Shown here piece by piece: positions 25,017 to 39,689 of a DNA stretch of 64,000 nucleotides (its first letter is position 1; the number at the start of each line of letters is the position of its first letter). This DNA is from Lytechinus pictus (lineage: Eukaryota), in the NCBI RefSeq assembly GCF_037042905.1, contig NC_087252.1:3536001-3600000 (forward strand). Direction: 5' to 3'. Made by a program: the position numbers and the translations under genes. The notes beneath the pieces were generated by a model that was not told the origin of the DNA, did not search any database, and worked only from the letters and a program-made list of their open reading frames with translations.

Positions 25017-25476
25017 AAAGCTTGGACGAGTCCGCCATGGATATAGTAGAAATTCTAAATTCAGCCACTTTAATTACATAAGGCTTTACGTACACTGCTT
25101 GTCTTTGTAAAAAAAAAATGTACAAGATCATCACCTTAAGGTGTTTTTAACTGTTTAAACACTTTACATAGGATATTTTCGGGTCTTTCGGGTCACCAAT
25201 ATAAAATGTCAGACAATCTAATCGAACCAATCCATAATGAGAAAAACATTGGGAGTGTAGCAGATTTGTTAAAATAGACACGAACCCTACATCATAAAAA
25301 AAAATTCACAACGGCATAATTGGATAAAAGAGAAATCCGAGAGATTCCCAGTCAATTTGATTGATCCAAATACAAAAAAAAACCTTGATGGCTTACTGCC
25401 TTTGTGAAAGCAGAGAGCAGTCATACATCATCAAAAACGTTCAAAACATCATAAATGGATCTTGAAACAAACCTAC

Positions 25477-25484
25477 ATAAAAGC
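25477..25484 (-). CDS. Orphaned last 8 nt (GCT TTT AT) of the CYP K-helix exon, followed by its splice donor
   Basis: Removing 25487-51574 and one TSD copy restores ...CCT CCA GCT TTT AT|gtaggt, which joins T GCC AAC AGA to give ETLRMFPPAFIANRVC. Confidence 0.85.
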
Positions 25485-25499
25485 TGCCCTTACAAAAAT

Positions 25500-26380
25500 G
25501 TCCTGTGGTAATACCATATAATTACCATAGGACTGTACCACACGATTACCACATATATTGTTGTGTGGTAATGCTATGTCTTTATGTCCTGTGGTATTGT
25601 GTGGTAATGTGTGGTAATGTCGTGTGGTATTGTCCTGTGGTAAATTGGAACATTTACCACACAACATTACCACAGGAATACCACATGAATGGATTAATAT
25701 ATGGTAACATTTACCACACAAGGGATTAATTTATGGTAACAATTTTTACCACATACCATTTACCACATAGATTATCACACGACATTTACCACACCATTTA
25801 CCACACACCAGTTACGACATGCATTACCACACACCATTTACCACACAAATTACCTCACATTTTACCACACACCAGTTACCACACGCGTTACCACACATCA
25901 TTTACCACACGAATTACCTCATATTTTACCACATGCCTTACCACACAAATTACCTCACATTTTACCACACACCGGTTACCACACGCGTTACCACACATAA
26001 TTTACCACACAAATTACCTCATATTTTACCACATGCCTTACCACACAAATTACGTCACATTTTACCACACACCGGTTACCACATGCATTACTACACACGA
26101 TTTACCACACACGTTACCACATACACTACCACACACCAGTTACATAACTGGTGTGTGGTAATGCATGTGGTAACTGGTGTGTGGTAAAATATGAGGTAAT
26201 TCGTGTGGTAAATGGTGTGTGGTAAACACTAACCAGTTACCACACATATTGTACATAATACACATAATACCATGCATCAGAGTCATTACCCAAAATGTGT
26301 GTGGTAACTAGATGTGTGATAACTGATGCATGATAATGTATGTTGCAACTGGTGTGTTGCAATGTGTGTGGTAACTGGTT
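25500..26380. repeat. Left subterminal repeat array of element A (TACCACAC, both orientations)
   Basis: Dense TTACCACAC/GTGTGGTAA motifs. Confidence 0.9.
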
Positions 26381-27065
26381 AGATACATCACAGATCATGG
26401 GTATGATTTTGGTAGCAGTAGAATGTGTTCATGACCCTATGTACTTTTATAAGATTAAGAAAATACAACACCTTCAATGAACAGACAACAAATGATTTTA
26501 CAAGTGATATAGAAAGTACTGGTATTTAGCTCATAGAGTCATCAATTTACAATACTGGTTTAGATTTGCTATTGACAAAAATTGTGTAACAGCTGCTTTA
26601 CTGTACAAACAGTGTAACATAATAGTAACTATCAAAGAAATTAGTTACAGTGCATATAAATACTTTTAAAAAAGATACATTTCTTCTAAATACTTTAAAA
26701 AGTTACCTCAAAGGTTATCTGGCTTTTCAGCAAACCAAATTAACGACCATTGTAGTTTTTTTGCAGGTCACACATACAGAATGGACTGATTTACTCTTTG
26801 TTTTATGCTTAAAGACAAAAATGATTAAACTCTTAATCGTTTTTAAGAAAATGAACAAAACATAAGGATGTGTCTACAATAGGTAATATCATATAAGTAG
26901 CTGCGGCAAAGTGCACTGTACTCAAAATTGCGTATAACAAAATGCATAATTATCCCAAGTTTACTTCAAGGCTGAAGGGCAAGTAGAAATAGACGAGAGA
27001 TGATAATATGTATTTGGAGAAAATGAAAACTAGGACAATACCCTGGCATGTAATATCTGAATTAA

Positions 27066-27787
27066 AGGAAAATAACACCCAAAACATAATACCACATGAT
27101 ATTATTGATAAATACAGGACAATCAACATGAATCCACTCATACCCTAATCCAATTACGGAGTACCACCTTTTCAAAGTTGGCCTCTTACAGTATGGTTCG
27201 AAGTTTCTGGATGGAGGTCGCCATTTTCGCGGGGTTAGTTAGGAAATTATTACATCAGCAACGAACTACATCTCTAAACGTTTAGGCATTATATATTCTA
27301 TTTTATCAATAACAAATCAAATGTACAGATAAAACTCATAAAAATATTAGTTAAAATTTGTTTAATATATGGTAGGTTCAAAATACAATTTGATGAGTTT
27401 TAATGATAAGATTTACACCCCAATTTCCGCTGCCAATTTGTAAATCGTAGATTAGGGTGTAATTTTTATCATTAAAACTCATCAAGTCGTAATTTGAACC
27501 TATCATATAATATTAAACAAATTTTAATTAATATTTTATGAGTTTTATCTGTACATTTGATTTATTATCGATGAAATAGAATATATAATGCCCAAACGTT
27601 TAGAGATGTAGTTCGTCGCTGACGGAATAATCCCCATCCATAGACTTTGTACCAGAAGATGCCAACTTTGAAAAGGTGGCACTCCATACTGGGACATCGG
27701 ATTGGGGGTATATGAGTGGATTCATTTTCATTGTCCTGTATTTATCAATGGTATCATGTGGTATTATATTTTGGGTTTTATTTTCCT
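27066..27787. mobile_element. Palindromic Kolobok-like MITE
   Basis: TTAA|AGGAAAATAACACCC...GGGTTTTATTTTTCCT|TTAA; the two halves are inverted copies about a centre near 27435. Confidence 0.85.
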
Positions 27788-27867
27788 TTAAGATATTGTA
27801 CTGGTTTATATCATGGCATTACAAAGTTCATCTGTAGTGCACACTGTGTCAAGTGCACAAACGTATT

Positions 27868-28159
27868 CATGGTTCCCACAAAAATTTGAAAACAGAATTC
27901 CATGACCTCTCCATGACTAAATTGCTGCTTTCCATGACTTAATTCCTTTCTGGCACAGTTTACAAAATCAGACATGTTATGATCATGAACACCAATTATA
28001 ATAGTAGAGTACAATCACAGAGTATGAGAGTTGTGAGACATAAAAAACTAGAAAGCTGTCATAGCCAAGAGGTAAATGCAATTCCGTGACTTTTCACATA
28101 TCCCTGACTTTCCATGACCAATTTTTTTCCAGGATTTTCCATGACTGTGGGAACCCTGT
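27868..28159. mobile_element. hAT-like MITE with CCATGAC subterminal motifs
   Basis: CATGGTTCCCACA...TGTGGGAACCCTG termini. Confidence 0.6.
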
Positions 28160-28444
28160 AATAAAACTGCATTGACAGAGCTCTATCATTTTTAAAGTTA
28201 ATTTCAATTTCCTTCAAACATTTTATTCATCTCTTTTTGGTTGGACCTTGAATATAATACAATACAATGTTTTGGCAGGTCGTCTATAAAAGCATGTACA
28301 TCGTTAAAAAAGGCTTTTGGCAGGAACTTTTGGCAAGTAGTCAACAGTATCAATGCATGTAAATTTGGGTGAAAGAATCATACATGTACATTAATTCTTA
28401 AGAAAAGTTTGTGGTTGTATTACACTATCACTTAAACGTATTAA

Positions 28445-28817
28445 AAAGACAGCAGTTGCAGCAAACAATTATTTCATGAGAAATTGTCAAAATATTGTAC
28501 ATAATCTCTAGATCTGGTACATTAATGTAAGCTTGTATTTTTGTAAAATCACTAATTTTGAACTTAAAATTAATTATTTTGATGATCACTAACACAGAAA
28601 AGAACATGTGGGACAGGACAGTGTATTATGATTGATTTGAAAAATACCTGACATTGGATAGAATTACATGCTTATTTTGCTCATTTCTCAGCAATTACAC
28701 ATTTTCTTCCCGAGCTATAATTAATTATGGCACATGTCTTTTATATTTTGCTGGTAATTCTATTGGATTCTGTTCGAACTCATTTTAAGATTGTTACTAC
28801 AACTGGTAATTTATCTT
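28445..28817. mobile_element. Degenerate Kolobok-like MITE
   Basis: TTAA flanks; CAGTTGCAGCAAACAAT versus ATTGTTACTACAACTG near the two ends. Confidence 0.4.
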
Positions 28818-29559
28818 TAAAGTTGTACTTGTATATGATACGGGCTCAACATAATCTAAAATAAAGTAATTTTTACCATGCAAAATAGTGAAAATTTTAT
28901 CAAAATCAGATAAAATTTTTAAAAAATTAATTACAAAAATATTGGTCATCAACACATGCAAGTAGATACATGTAAGTTTATATGATATCATGCCCACATT
29001 TTTATTGTTCTCATGTTACCAGATAAAATAATAATTTACTTCATGTGTGTAATAAGTATGTCTTCCAATCCCATGTAGCAAAAGAACTTCCAGCAATAAT
29101 CAATACAGGTAAGTCACATCAATACAGTTTACAATCCGATTTGTTTCATTCTTGGTAAACAAAATTAAATGCACAATTTTATATACAAAATAATAAGTTG
29201 GGGATACGTGTACATGTACAATGTACGTCAGTATGACATCATCAGCTTGCTACTTGCATATATGCTTAGAGCTCTTTCACCAAAATAATGCAGAGGTTAG
29301 AATGTCATACATTACTTTATTATCCCTTGTCTAATTTGGATGAATTTTTCAGTTTTGTTAAAAAGTAATAAAAGGCAATATCCATGGTTACCCTTAAACT
29401 TGACCTCAATGCATGTTCGCTTTTACACAACACGTTATTTTGCGAGATACAAAGCGCATGAGATTTAAAAAAATTCAAATTACCAGACAGTGACAGTATT
29501 GTTGTAAGTACAGAGCAAAGATCAGGATGGTAGGTCTTCTCAAATTGTATTTGGATTGA

Positions 29560-29975
29560 TCCAAGGTTGTTGACAACTGGAGGAGAGGAAGGAGCTAATT
29601 CCACGGCCTTGGAGCAGTAGTGGAGAAAGTTGCATCACCAGTAGCTAATTCGTAGGTGCGTAATGATCACAAAAATAAAAAGGCAAGTGCGCCTAGAATG
29701 AAAATGACGCACAAGGGATTCCTTATAAAACATGTAATCTGGATCTCTGTCAATGACTTTGAAAATCAGGAGACGGACACTGATGTTCATGTATATCCTT
29801 TCCTTGACTTGCAGCCAGCGAAGTTGGCGTATGGCAAATGGCACAATAGATGCAGCATTCTGTACTATATGCAGTCAGTCCAGATCGCCCTAATTCAAGC
29901 ACGAAGAGCATTACAATAGTCCAGTTTAGATAGCGCTAAACCATGGACTGCTTTGTGGCAAGTAGAAATATAAAA
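29560..29975 (-). mobile_element. Decayed L2 LINE fragment
   Basis: AVHGLALSKLDYCNAL and RQLRWLQVKERI...LLIFK resemble the L2 motifs SRLDYCN and LHWLPV.RI.FK. Confidence 0.7.
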
Positions 29976-31394
29976 GGCACTTCCCATTGGCCTTTATTCT
30001 TCCAATCTGTTTGATGTTATACTGGTAGGGAGCAGGTTCCAATAGCACTATGAAAGGAGTTACGAAACCAGATGAATGGGTGCAGATTCAGGACACCTTC
30101 CATTTCAACTTAAGGCATCTGCAATAAATAACAGAAGAAGATAAACATAAAAGCCTTTCCTGCATTAACTATTTAATATTCATTAAAAACTACATGGTTT
30201 CAATATCAATTTCCAAACTTTTTAAAAAATGATTAAAAAACAATGTGGGGTTTGTTCCATATTTATACTTCAAATATTAACATGTAAAGTCAGGTCGGGG
30301 GAGGGGGGCTTGATGCCCTCAAGATCTGCTGCACCTCCAAACCATCTCTGTATAGGGAAGGACATTTTAAAGTTTAAAAAAAAATATTTATTTTAATTAA
30401 ACATGATTTTAATTCATGCTTTTTTAAAATGTGTTTTAAATGGTTATGGGATAATTCCATCAGTTTGAATAAGAAATTACAAGTTGCCAATTTCACATAA
30501 CGAAGATCAATTCTGATGTGATAATAAATGCATGTCAGATGTTGATGTTTCACTTATGCCTATCTAATACGTTTGAATTGACAACAGCATGAACCTTGTA
30601 AGGGCATTAATTATTAGACAAGCTTTGTATCAGAGTGGTTACAAAATCAAAATTATTTTACTGCATCTCATGTTCATGCACATGTAAATAATCAAAATAA
30701 CACAATAATTATAAAAAATACCTTCCACAAAGGATAAATTTGTACACACCATTATATCTGCATGAATATTGTTATTTTAGTCCACCTATAATGATACAGC
30801 TGATGAGAGTTTGAATGATGGTATCAAGATGGTGCTTCTACCAGGGCTGCAAAAGAGAGAAAAAAAAATAAAATGTTAACCTCAATCATGCCAAGAAATC
30901 ATGCCAACCGTTGTGAAACTCTATTAGCGCCAAATTACACTCTAAACTTGTCATTAGAACGTCCAAACCGATACACGTCAGCCAGGAATCTAGTACTAGC
31001 ACAATCAGCTATGCATTTGCACCAATTCCCTCTGTATTTTCTTGCATATGGACGTCTCTCGACTTAAAGGTCATGTCATTGTGTTATATAGCTTGGGAAT
31101 TGCAAGCAAGTGATCCTTCGAAATGTTTACCTGCTTAAAAGTAACATTTCTTAAGCCTTAATTTTGTATATTTAGATAACAAAAGGCTTACAAATTGGAA
31201 AAATCAAATGTTTGCCCAAAATTATTGTGGGAAAGGTGGATTTTTTAAGGGAAATCCATCTTTGTGTACCAAGTTCTACAGGCAACAGAGACTTGTCTAG
31301 CTCCGTGAATGAAAATACCCCTTGTACAATGTAAAAATGATAAAAATATCATCACAGAGTCCTCTAGGTACAGTTAGGACCATTGACAGATAAG

Positions 31395-33635
31395 GTGCCC
31401 TAAGATTGCGCACATCCGAATCTGCGCGATTCTGATAATGGAAGATACGCAACGACTCCAAACAAAAAATAAACTTTACACCTGAAAGAGCCTACTGTAC
31501 TTAGTCTTACCTACTGCCCGATGCCTCCTGACATGTAGAGCAACAACAAAGGACCTCCACTCCTGGCGGCCAGTGGTTCTGGGCCGTCTTCTGGAAACTC
31601 CCCCGGGCTAGGTCATATTCACCGACTTCATCTCCTCCTCAAATGTGATGCCAGGACAAGTAGTTTTGGGTCTCCCTCTCTTTCTCCTGGAATGTCATAA
31701 ACAGATCTATTCATAAAAAATCTGACTTAAAATGGTTGGAAAATAATGAATTTAGGGCATTGGCAAGAGTTCCATATGCAACCCCACTAAAATTGAAAAT
31801 AAAAACATGAAGAAGGTTCAGAATAATATATCTAGCACAATATAGAACATATATGATGGGGTAGTGGATAGTACTAGGAGTGGAAATACATACTAAAATA
31901 TGGCTTTATTCCGTCAAATTTCGAGCATGTATGGATGTATCTAGTGTGTGTAATTGTCCATAGACATCGGTTTATTTACTCAAGGGTCTGTGAGTCAAGT
32001 CTAGGCGAACTATTGGCTGATAATCGTTAAAATACCCCTTCCGGCATCAGCACTTCTTGCTAGCATAGCAGGAACAGGTCTTGACTGCAAATAAAACGAG
32101 GTGATCTCAAGTCCCAACTAAGGTGCCAAAACAAGGGTAAAAAAATTATAGAAAAATCTGAAGTGAACGAACTGGAATGGAATTAAGTCTCAACAATCTT
32201 ATTTTTTATCATGTTGGTGGGGGGTACATTGGAATTGCATATGGAATTCTTTCCAGGGCATTTCATGTGACGTCCTCAAAATGCAGCCTCTGTGACTGTG
32301 CTTTCTTATCGAAATCTTCGCATCATGTGAATAAGTGCGCAGACATCGGCCACTATTAGTATTACCCAGTTGTTGTGTGTCCAGACAGGTTGTGTGTCTG
32401 GACGATCAATTTTAGAAAGTCATTTGGAAAAAAAGCAAAGTTCCATCAATTTTTAGTACAAATTATTAGGAAATATTATAAAGAACAAAATAGAAGATGA
32501 TAACAAGTATCGAATTCATATTTTTAGTGTAATCCAAAGATAAAAGGAAGGCTTCAAAAAGATAAAACTGTCCGGACACCCGACCCCCATCCTACCAGCA
32601 ACGTTCTCGCCAGTGTAGAACACGCGTCGCATGCGACACATGTAAATTCCACAAGCTCTATATGCGTCACGGGCAAAAAAAAATCATAAAAAGTGGGGAA
32701 AAGTCATCGGAAATAATTGTTGCATCATTCATCATCAATCCTCAAAAGTAAAGGATGTTTCAGAATCATTTCGGCAACAAACAAACTACGATCTTCTTAT
32801 TGATGACCGGAAAAATATCCATGCATAGAAACTGGCGCATTTCCACTTCCAGCCGGCTAGCCAGCCAGCCAAGCCTGAGCTGAGCAGCCACACTAGCCCG
32901 CGTTGCCAGCGCGCCTAGCTGAGCTGGACATGCATGCTATACGCCACAATGCATGTTAAACTGAATTGTCCGCGGTGCGACCCGGGTCCGACGTAGCCTT
33001 TCATTTTTACATGATAGTGATACCGTTTCCCGATAGTTATCAAGAAATTTTTATCATAAAATGAATTGTTCCACATAATTTTCCCGCTAATTTCTAAGTA
33101 ATATTCTTAACGTTCATTCTCAATTTCTCATGTCATTCTGATCTGCTGTCGGGCTACCGTACCAGTATGATGGTGGGCCCTAAGTCTGCGCACCTAACAA
33201 TTTGAGTTAAGATTTAACATGAATTTCTTCTTATTTCACAAAATCTTTTGGATAATAATGTTCCTTATATTATTGAGAGTAAGTATACCAAATTTCTCAT
33301 TAAAAAATGAAAGAAAATATAGGATTTTCTTGAAAAAACCTTGGGCAGTCATTTTCAGATTGAAAAAAAAAATGGTACCCCATGTCTGCGCACTCATTCA
33401 CTTTGCACACGATTCGGAGATTTTGATGAGAAAGGCTGTATTTTGAGGCCGTCACATGAAATGCCCTGAATTCATTATTTTTTCACCATTTTGAGTCGGA
33501 TTTTTTTATGAATACCTGTCTATGTATTGCATGTGTAAAGTTCGTGCTCGTTGCGTATCTTTTTTTACTAGAATCGCGCAGATACGCGGGTGCGCAGACT
33601 TGGGAGACCGCGCAGACATGGGGGAACTGACCATA
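31395..33635. mobile_element. Long-TIR non-autonomous DNA element inside A
   Basis: Inverted matches: 31395-31435 with 33570-33610, 32255-32290 with 33432-33468, and 32325-32352 with 33380-33402. Ends approximate; no TSD resolved. Confidence 0.65.
31497..31692 (-). mobile_element. RTE-clade LINE 3' fragment
   Basis: PGERERGRPKTT-like...EEEMKSVNMT...RQEWRSFVVALH, typical of the RTE ORF C-terminus, followed by a short TAAG-containing tail. Confidence 0.75.
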
Positions 33636-34009
33636 CCACTAACTTAATAATTTTGTTCAATCAAAATGCAAGTAAATGACCATGACTGGCCGAGATATTT
33701 TCCCAAGAAAATCAATTATTTCTCTTAATTTTTAATGAGACTTTTTGCACACTTACTCATCAGAATACAAGGAACATCATCAATTGAAAGATTTTGTAAA
33801 ATAACAGGAAATTCACGTTAAATCTAAACTCAAATCGTTTAGGTGTGCTGTGACTGTGTGCAGACTTGAGACCACCAGCCAGTGGTCCACATCACAGCAG
33901 CGAGCAGGCGCTCGGGCCCGGCCGAGCGCCCGGTTAGACAGGATGGGATTGCCAGTGTCATGTCATTTTCATTGACGAAATCTTTAGCTAGTTGCAAGCC
34001 GGGGCATTT

Positions 34010-34230
34010 AACAAACTACGAAAAGAAAATCATAGAAAATGGTTATCTAACTTACTGTTTAGCCTACTGCAAATGTCTTCGAAGTCGTCCACATCTAACC
34101 CGCATTCTTTAAGTAGTTGAATTATTAACGGCCTTCTTCGTCCCACTTCTCGATCGAGCTCAATAAACTGCAACGCAACGCAAACGGTATTCTTTTCAAA
34201 TGTTGGCGGTAAGTGCGCATGCGCAAGCCT
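34010..34230 (-). promoter_or_regulatory. Putative promoter and first non-coding exon of element A
   Basis: Palindrome TGCGCATGCGCA (NRF1/P3A2 consensus) at 34214-34225; donor ACA|GTAAGT at 34055; homologous to 42145-42360. Confidence 0.5.
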
Positions 34231-36291
34231 GTCGCCGCCCCCCCCCCCCCCGGCCCCCCCCCCCCAGGGTGACCAGATTTCATAAAATGAAATAAGGGAC
34301 AATCGAAAAAAGATCAACAAAGAAGGCTACACAGTGTTACACCTGTAAAAAACTTTAAAAAATTGGAAGGGAGGGCACAGTGAGCCACTGCAGTTTTTTC
34401 GCCCTTTTTTCGCCGTTTTGTGTGTTATCCCTTATAAAAAAAATTGAATGGTATACCATTGAAATACCATACACCATACACCATTGAAACACCATTGATA
34501 TACCATTGGAATACCATTCGCACAGCACCCATCATACACCAATGGTATACCATTCAAGCCCCAATGGTATACCATTCAAACTAATTTAAATAATTGGGAC
34601 GTTACTATTACCATATTCATGAGCACCATTTACCATTCATATACCATTGATCAAACACCATTCACCATTGATCTACCATGGCCACTATAGACAGGTTTAC
34701 CATTGACCACCATTCAGCCACCATTCACTGGCCTACCATTTACCATTCAGCCACCGTTCACTGGACACCATTGGTCTACCATTCACCTTACACCATTCAC
34801 CATTCGCCTACCATTCACCATACACCGTTGACCTACCATTCACCGTACACCATTCACGTACCATTCACCATACACCATTCGCCTACCATTCACCATACAC
34901 CGTACACCTACCATTCACCGTACACCATTCGCGTACCATTCACCATAAACCATTCGCCTACCATTCATCATACACCGTACACCTACCATTCACCGTACAC
35001 CATTCGCGTACCATTCACCTACCATTCACCATACACCGTTCACCATTGCCCTACCATTCACCATACACCATTGACCTACCATACATTGTACACCATTGGC
35101 CTACCATACACCGCACACCATTGACCTACCATTTACAGTTCACCATTGGCCTACCATACACCATTGACCTACCAATCACCGTACACCATTGGCTTACCAT
35201 ACACCGTTGACCTACCATTTACCGTACACCATTGGCCTACCGTTCACTGTACACCATTGTCATACCATACACTCTATACCATTGGTCAACCATTCAATTT
35301 ACACCATTGGCCATACGTTATAGACCACAAGTGTACTGTGAATGGTAGACCAATGGTTTACACTGAATGATAGACAGTAGACCAAAGGTGTACAATGTAT
35401 AGTAGGCCAATAAAGTACAGTGAATGGTATAGACCAATGGTGAACAGCATATATAGCTCGGGTTAATGGTAGGTTTGATAATGGATTAAGTATGCACAAG
35501 AAAAAAATGATGAAAACAGTTATTTCAAGAACGTCAAATGTTTTTACTATAAGAAGTTTAAGTACAGCATAAATGGAACACAGCATTCACAAGTATAGAC
35601 TTTATAATTAAAGCACATAAGTTATGAATATATATGACTTTGCTCCTTGTTGACATCTATACTCTGTCAATCTTGGTATCTAAAATAAACATGTATCAAG
35701 ACAGAGTTTAATTGAAAAACACAACAAATGAATAACATTTCCAAGAATAAACATGTTCTCTCTGATGGCTTTTTACGTGGATTGAGTACTTGGCAAAACC
35801 ACTGTTCTGCAAACAAACCTGATACTTGTAATACAATAACCTTGATTTTAAATCTGTTGTGTGTAATTGCTTTCACACAGCTACTTCAATGACATTAATA
35901 AAATATTTTTTTTACTAATAAGTTCAAGTACAAAAGAGTGGAACCCAGTATTGACAAGTACATGTATGGCATAAAAGCACCAGCATTATGAATACATGTG
36001 ACTGCACGACTCTACAAGAGGTCAATGATTGCACTCCACATAGATATTATGTTAATCTTCCTATAAACAAATCTAAATGTAAGACAGAGTTTGGACAACA
36101 AACTGATGAACACCAAATTTCGAAGATTAAACTCAAAATGTGTGATAGCCTTCACATGGCCAAATGATTAAAGGTAAAGAGTACCAAACTTAGAGGAAAT
36201 AAATATCCCCAAAAGGGGGGAAAATAGTACCCCCATAAAAATATAACCTAATATTTCTCTATTTTCTTTTCACCTAAAAGATATATCAAAC

Positions 36292-36860
36292 GGCGTGTTT
36301 CTACATAGAATCGTTAAAAGGTATTACCCGCGTAAGTATCCAGAATCCCGGAAAACTTTCCTGTAGAATTTTGTAGAAACAGACGCGATGCGGTTTATTG
36401 ATAAACTGCTTCAAGCAAAATATGGTTTCTCATAACCATCTCTGAGAGGTGGTTATTGCCATGTTAATCCGTTTAACTTTTCTGTAAAAACACACGGCAA
36501 AATAGCGTATCGTGTCTGGCGGAAGTGCTTAATCCCAAAAGTGCAATTTCGCAGTACATAAATTTGCACATTCTGGCCTTTTCGATCTCGCCAGCTGATC
36601 ATGCAACACGTATACCTGCTACATTGAGTGAGATCTACCACAAATTATGAAAATTTTCCTAAGAAGATGCAATTTTGGACATATGTACAATGCAACGTGA
36701 GGTTATAGGTTGAATTTTCCGATTTCCGCCGTATTTGCAATGCGAAAAGCGAGTTAATCAGATTATTCGGTTTGTAGAAGCAGGTTGGTTTAAGGGCGAT
36801 AAGGTTTTTCGAGTCCAGAAAAGATAAATCCTTTTTAATGATTTTCTGTAGAAACATGCC
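36292..36860. mobile_element. MITE, Harbinger-like
   Basis: GGCGTGTTTCTACATAGAATCGTTAAAAGG versus the reverse complement of the right end, GGCATGTTTCTACAGAAAATCATTAAAAAGG. Confidence 0.7.
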
Positions 36861-37894
36861 AAAAGTTTATCATAAATACATTAAAGATACATAAAGGAAT
36901 AAATAATATCTATATCAAAAATAGAATATATAGAATAATAAAGAATATATCATGAAAATAGAAAAAAAACAAGAAAAATAGCGACATCTTTTTTTAATAT
37001 TTTGCAAATCATATAGAAAATAATTCTTAGTAGCACATCTATTTTTTAACTATTTCCCATAGTTCAAATATACAAGATTCCCACTTATTTATTTTTTGTC
37101 TATTTTTTTGTTGTGTTGAATCAGATGAATAACTCAACTATGTGTGAGAAATAATATAATTTTTGTCTTACACAGTATATCAGTAGTCAATCGTAATTTT
37201 TTACAACCTAGCTTGGACAAAATTTGAATTCATATAATACAAAAAAATATATAAATTGGGATCTTGTATATTCATGAGGACTTGCAGAGAACAGTTTTAC
37301 CAAAAAATAACAACTTTAATTCGTCATAATTTCGTTAATCCTCATTCAATTTTGATGAAATTTTCAGTGTTTTTTTTTGTCTGATGTACTCTTTGAATTT
37401 AAATCACATAACTTTCAGTCTAGAGTACCTAGCCCTTCAATCAAATGGGTTGGACGACCGGTTACATTTTACATATAACATAGTAGAATGAAGGGTCCAT
37501 AGAAAGAAAGCATGAGGAAAGGGGAGATTTAGGTAGGAAGAGAATTAATCAGAAAAGCATAATGTTGACAATTTCGTTAAAATCTGATAACAAAGTCTTT
37601 GATTTGAAGGTTTAGCAACATTTTGGGAAAAATTACTGGAATGTGCACATGATCGTCAGGAATATGTGTTAGGCTTATGTTATAAAATGAAATCATAATA
37701 ATTTCATATTTTCGTACACGTGTGTATGATATGTCCCACGTAGCATAAAATGATTTCAAGCAATGCATGTGTTTACATTAAATAAATCTTCACTTCACTT
37801 TTTAGTTCTTGGAGGTCAAAATGTGAATAAACATGACTTCTTGTTATAAAATACAAAAGAACAAGTGGGAGTATGACATCAGCTTGTTAACTGT

Positions 37895-38010
37895 GGGTGC
37901 GTCGTGGTCTAGTGGTTCTGACTCTCACCTTTCAACAGAGTGTCGTGGGTTTGAATCCTAGCAATGGTGTTTTCCTTCAGAAACTGCGTACCCGGCAAGA
38001 TTAATTTCTT
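37895..38010 (+). mobile_element. tRNA-derived SINE head (truncated)
   Basis: GCGTCGTGGTCTAGTGGTTCTGACTCTC...GGTTTGAATCC, similar to the SINE at 24012. Confidence 0.65.
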
Positions 38011-38546
38011 GCAGCTGTAATAAGGAATATGGGATGAAAACAATGCAAAGGACAGTATGTCAGCTACGGGTTCAAAACATCAATGCTTGTCGTGCGTGCA
38101 AGCTTTCTTGAGAAATTGATATATTTTTCTAAAATATCGAGAAATTTGCATAATACACTACCCTTCAATTGAATAGTACCAATTAACAAATATCAACAAA
38201 ACATTTTGTACAATATAATAAAGAAATTCATGTTTAACCATAGATTAGCAGAAAATAACCCGTTATATTAATGGGAGGTTGCCCAAATGATGACAAATAC
38301 CATACCACATGCATACCTGGGGCCAAAGTGTCCACCCCCCCCCCGCCAGCATATTGATTTTTTTCCAGGGGGGGGTGTTAGAAAGGACGTGTAATCCTAT
38401 AAATGGGGATGACATTTGGTCTTTTTCAGCATTTTTACCATTCCTCACAAGTTGTTTTTTCAGCTATGCCACTGCAGGAGTACAATCTGTTTTATTTAAT
38501 GAAGCTTTGCAATTTTTTCCACTGAAGTGAATTCTTACACAATTAC

Positions 38547-38663
38547 CTTTCACAAACTCCAGTTGTTTTCTTGTAAACGGTTTTCTGTGTTCAACACCTG
38601 TATTTTCCTTCCCAGATAATCCTGGACCATCTACATTATCATCCAGTGTATCCGTCGTCCAAT
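38547..38663 (-). CDS. Putative internal coding exon of element C, product unknown
   Basis: TTTCATTTAAG acceptor, AAAG|GTAATT donor, 117 nt, phase 1-1, open frame WTTDTLDDNVDGPGLSGKENTGVEHRKPFTRKQLEFVK. Confidence 0.35.
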
Positions 38664-39180
38664 CTTAAATGAAATAAAATCAATTTGAGTGTTGGAAAAT
38701 ATGCATGTGCAGATAAAAACAAAAATATAATACTAATATAGTAAAACTTTCTTTAAGCTCCAAAATGCAATGATTCACTCATATACAGCATCATGATAAT
38801 TTTTATTTCAACATATGCAGCAAATTCACTTGAAAATATGTTTGAAATTGATGTCACAGAAATAAAATTCCCCCACCAAAGATTTTCTGTGTGACGTGTG
38901 TGTGCATGCTGGAAATATATAGATCAATATAACACAGTTACTCTGCTGCGTAACGTGTTTTGATCAGCAATCATGTAGATATGCAAGAGAAAATTATCTA
39001 ATAGAAAAAGAATGATCTGAAGTCATATTTCCAGAGCAGCAGTTTTCAAAAGGTAGGCCTAATCAATTAATTGATAACATTCAATATGATTTTCTTTTCT
39101 TGGTATTGACAATCACAGTAACGGATCCAGATGGGCACAATTGACCTGTGCCCCCCCCCCCCCTTGAGAGCAATAGTCAA

Positions 39181-39606
39181 TGGCCCGAATTCAAAAAGGT
39201 GGTTTTGAAAACCCCGGTTGAGTCTATGTTTTATGGAGATTTCCTGTATAAATTAAGCTTATTTACAGCGTATATCAAAATATGTCCAATGTTGATGCGC
39301 GCTTTTGTCACAGTGCGCCAAATTGACGCCTGTTGCCGTGGTTATCCACGCTATTTTAATCACGAGTCCACTGTTTTGAATTAATGAGTCCACTCTTCAA
39401 ACAGTGGACTCATGAATAAAATAGCATATCTAACCATGGTAACAGGCGTCAATTTGGCGCACTGCGACAAAAGCGCGCATCAGAATTGGACATTTTTTAT
39501 ACACGCGCCAGATACGTGCTAAATTAAGCGTAATTTATACAGGAAATCTGCATACACCATGGACTCAACCGTGGGTTTTCAAAACCACCTTTGTGAATTC
39601 GGGCCT
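39181..39606. mobile_element. Palindromic PIF/Harbinger-like MITE
   Basis: GGCCCGAATTCAAAAAGGTGGTTTTGAAAACCC...GGGTTTTCAAAACCACCTTTGTGAATTCGGGCC; inverted over almost its whole length. Confidence 0.85.
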
Positions 39607-39689
39607 ATGTGTTTAATGTAAATATGGCGTCTTTACACAAGTGTGTCCCTCCTTTTGAAAGTTACAGCAAATATTTCTAACGGAAATAT

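Noticed and set aside
25473..26187. His/Thr/Tyr-rich ORFs (also 34678-35370, 44275-45236, 50569-51231)
   Set aside because: They are translations of CMC subterminal repeat arrays.
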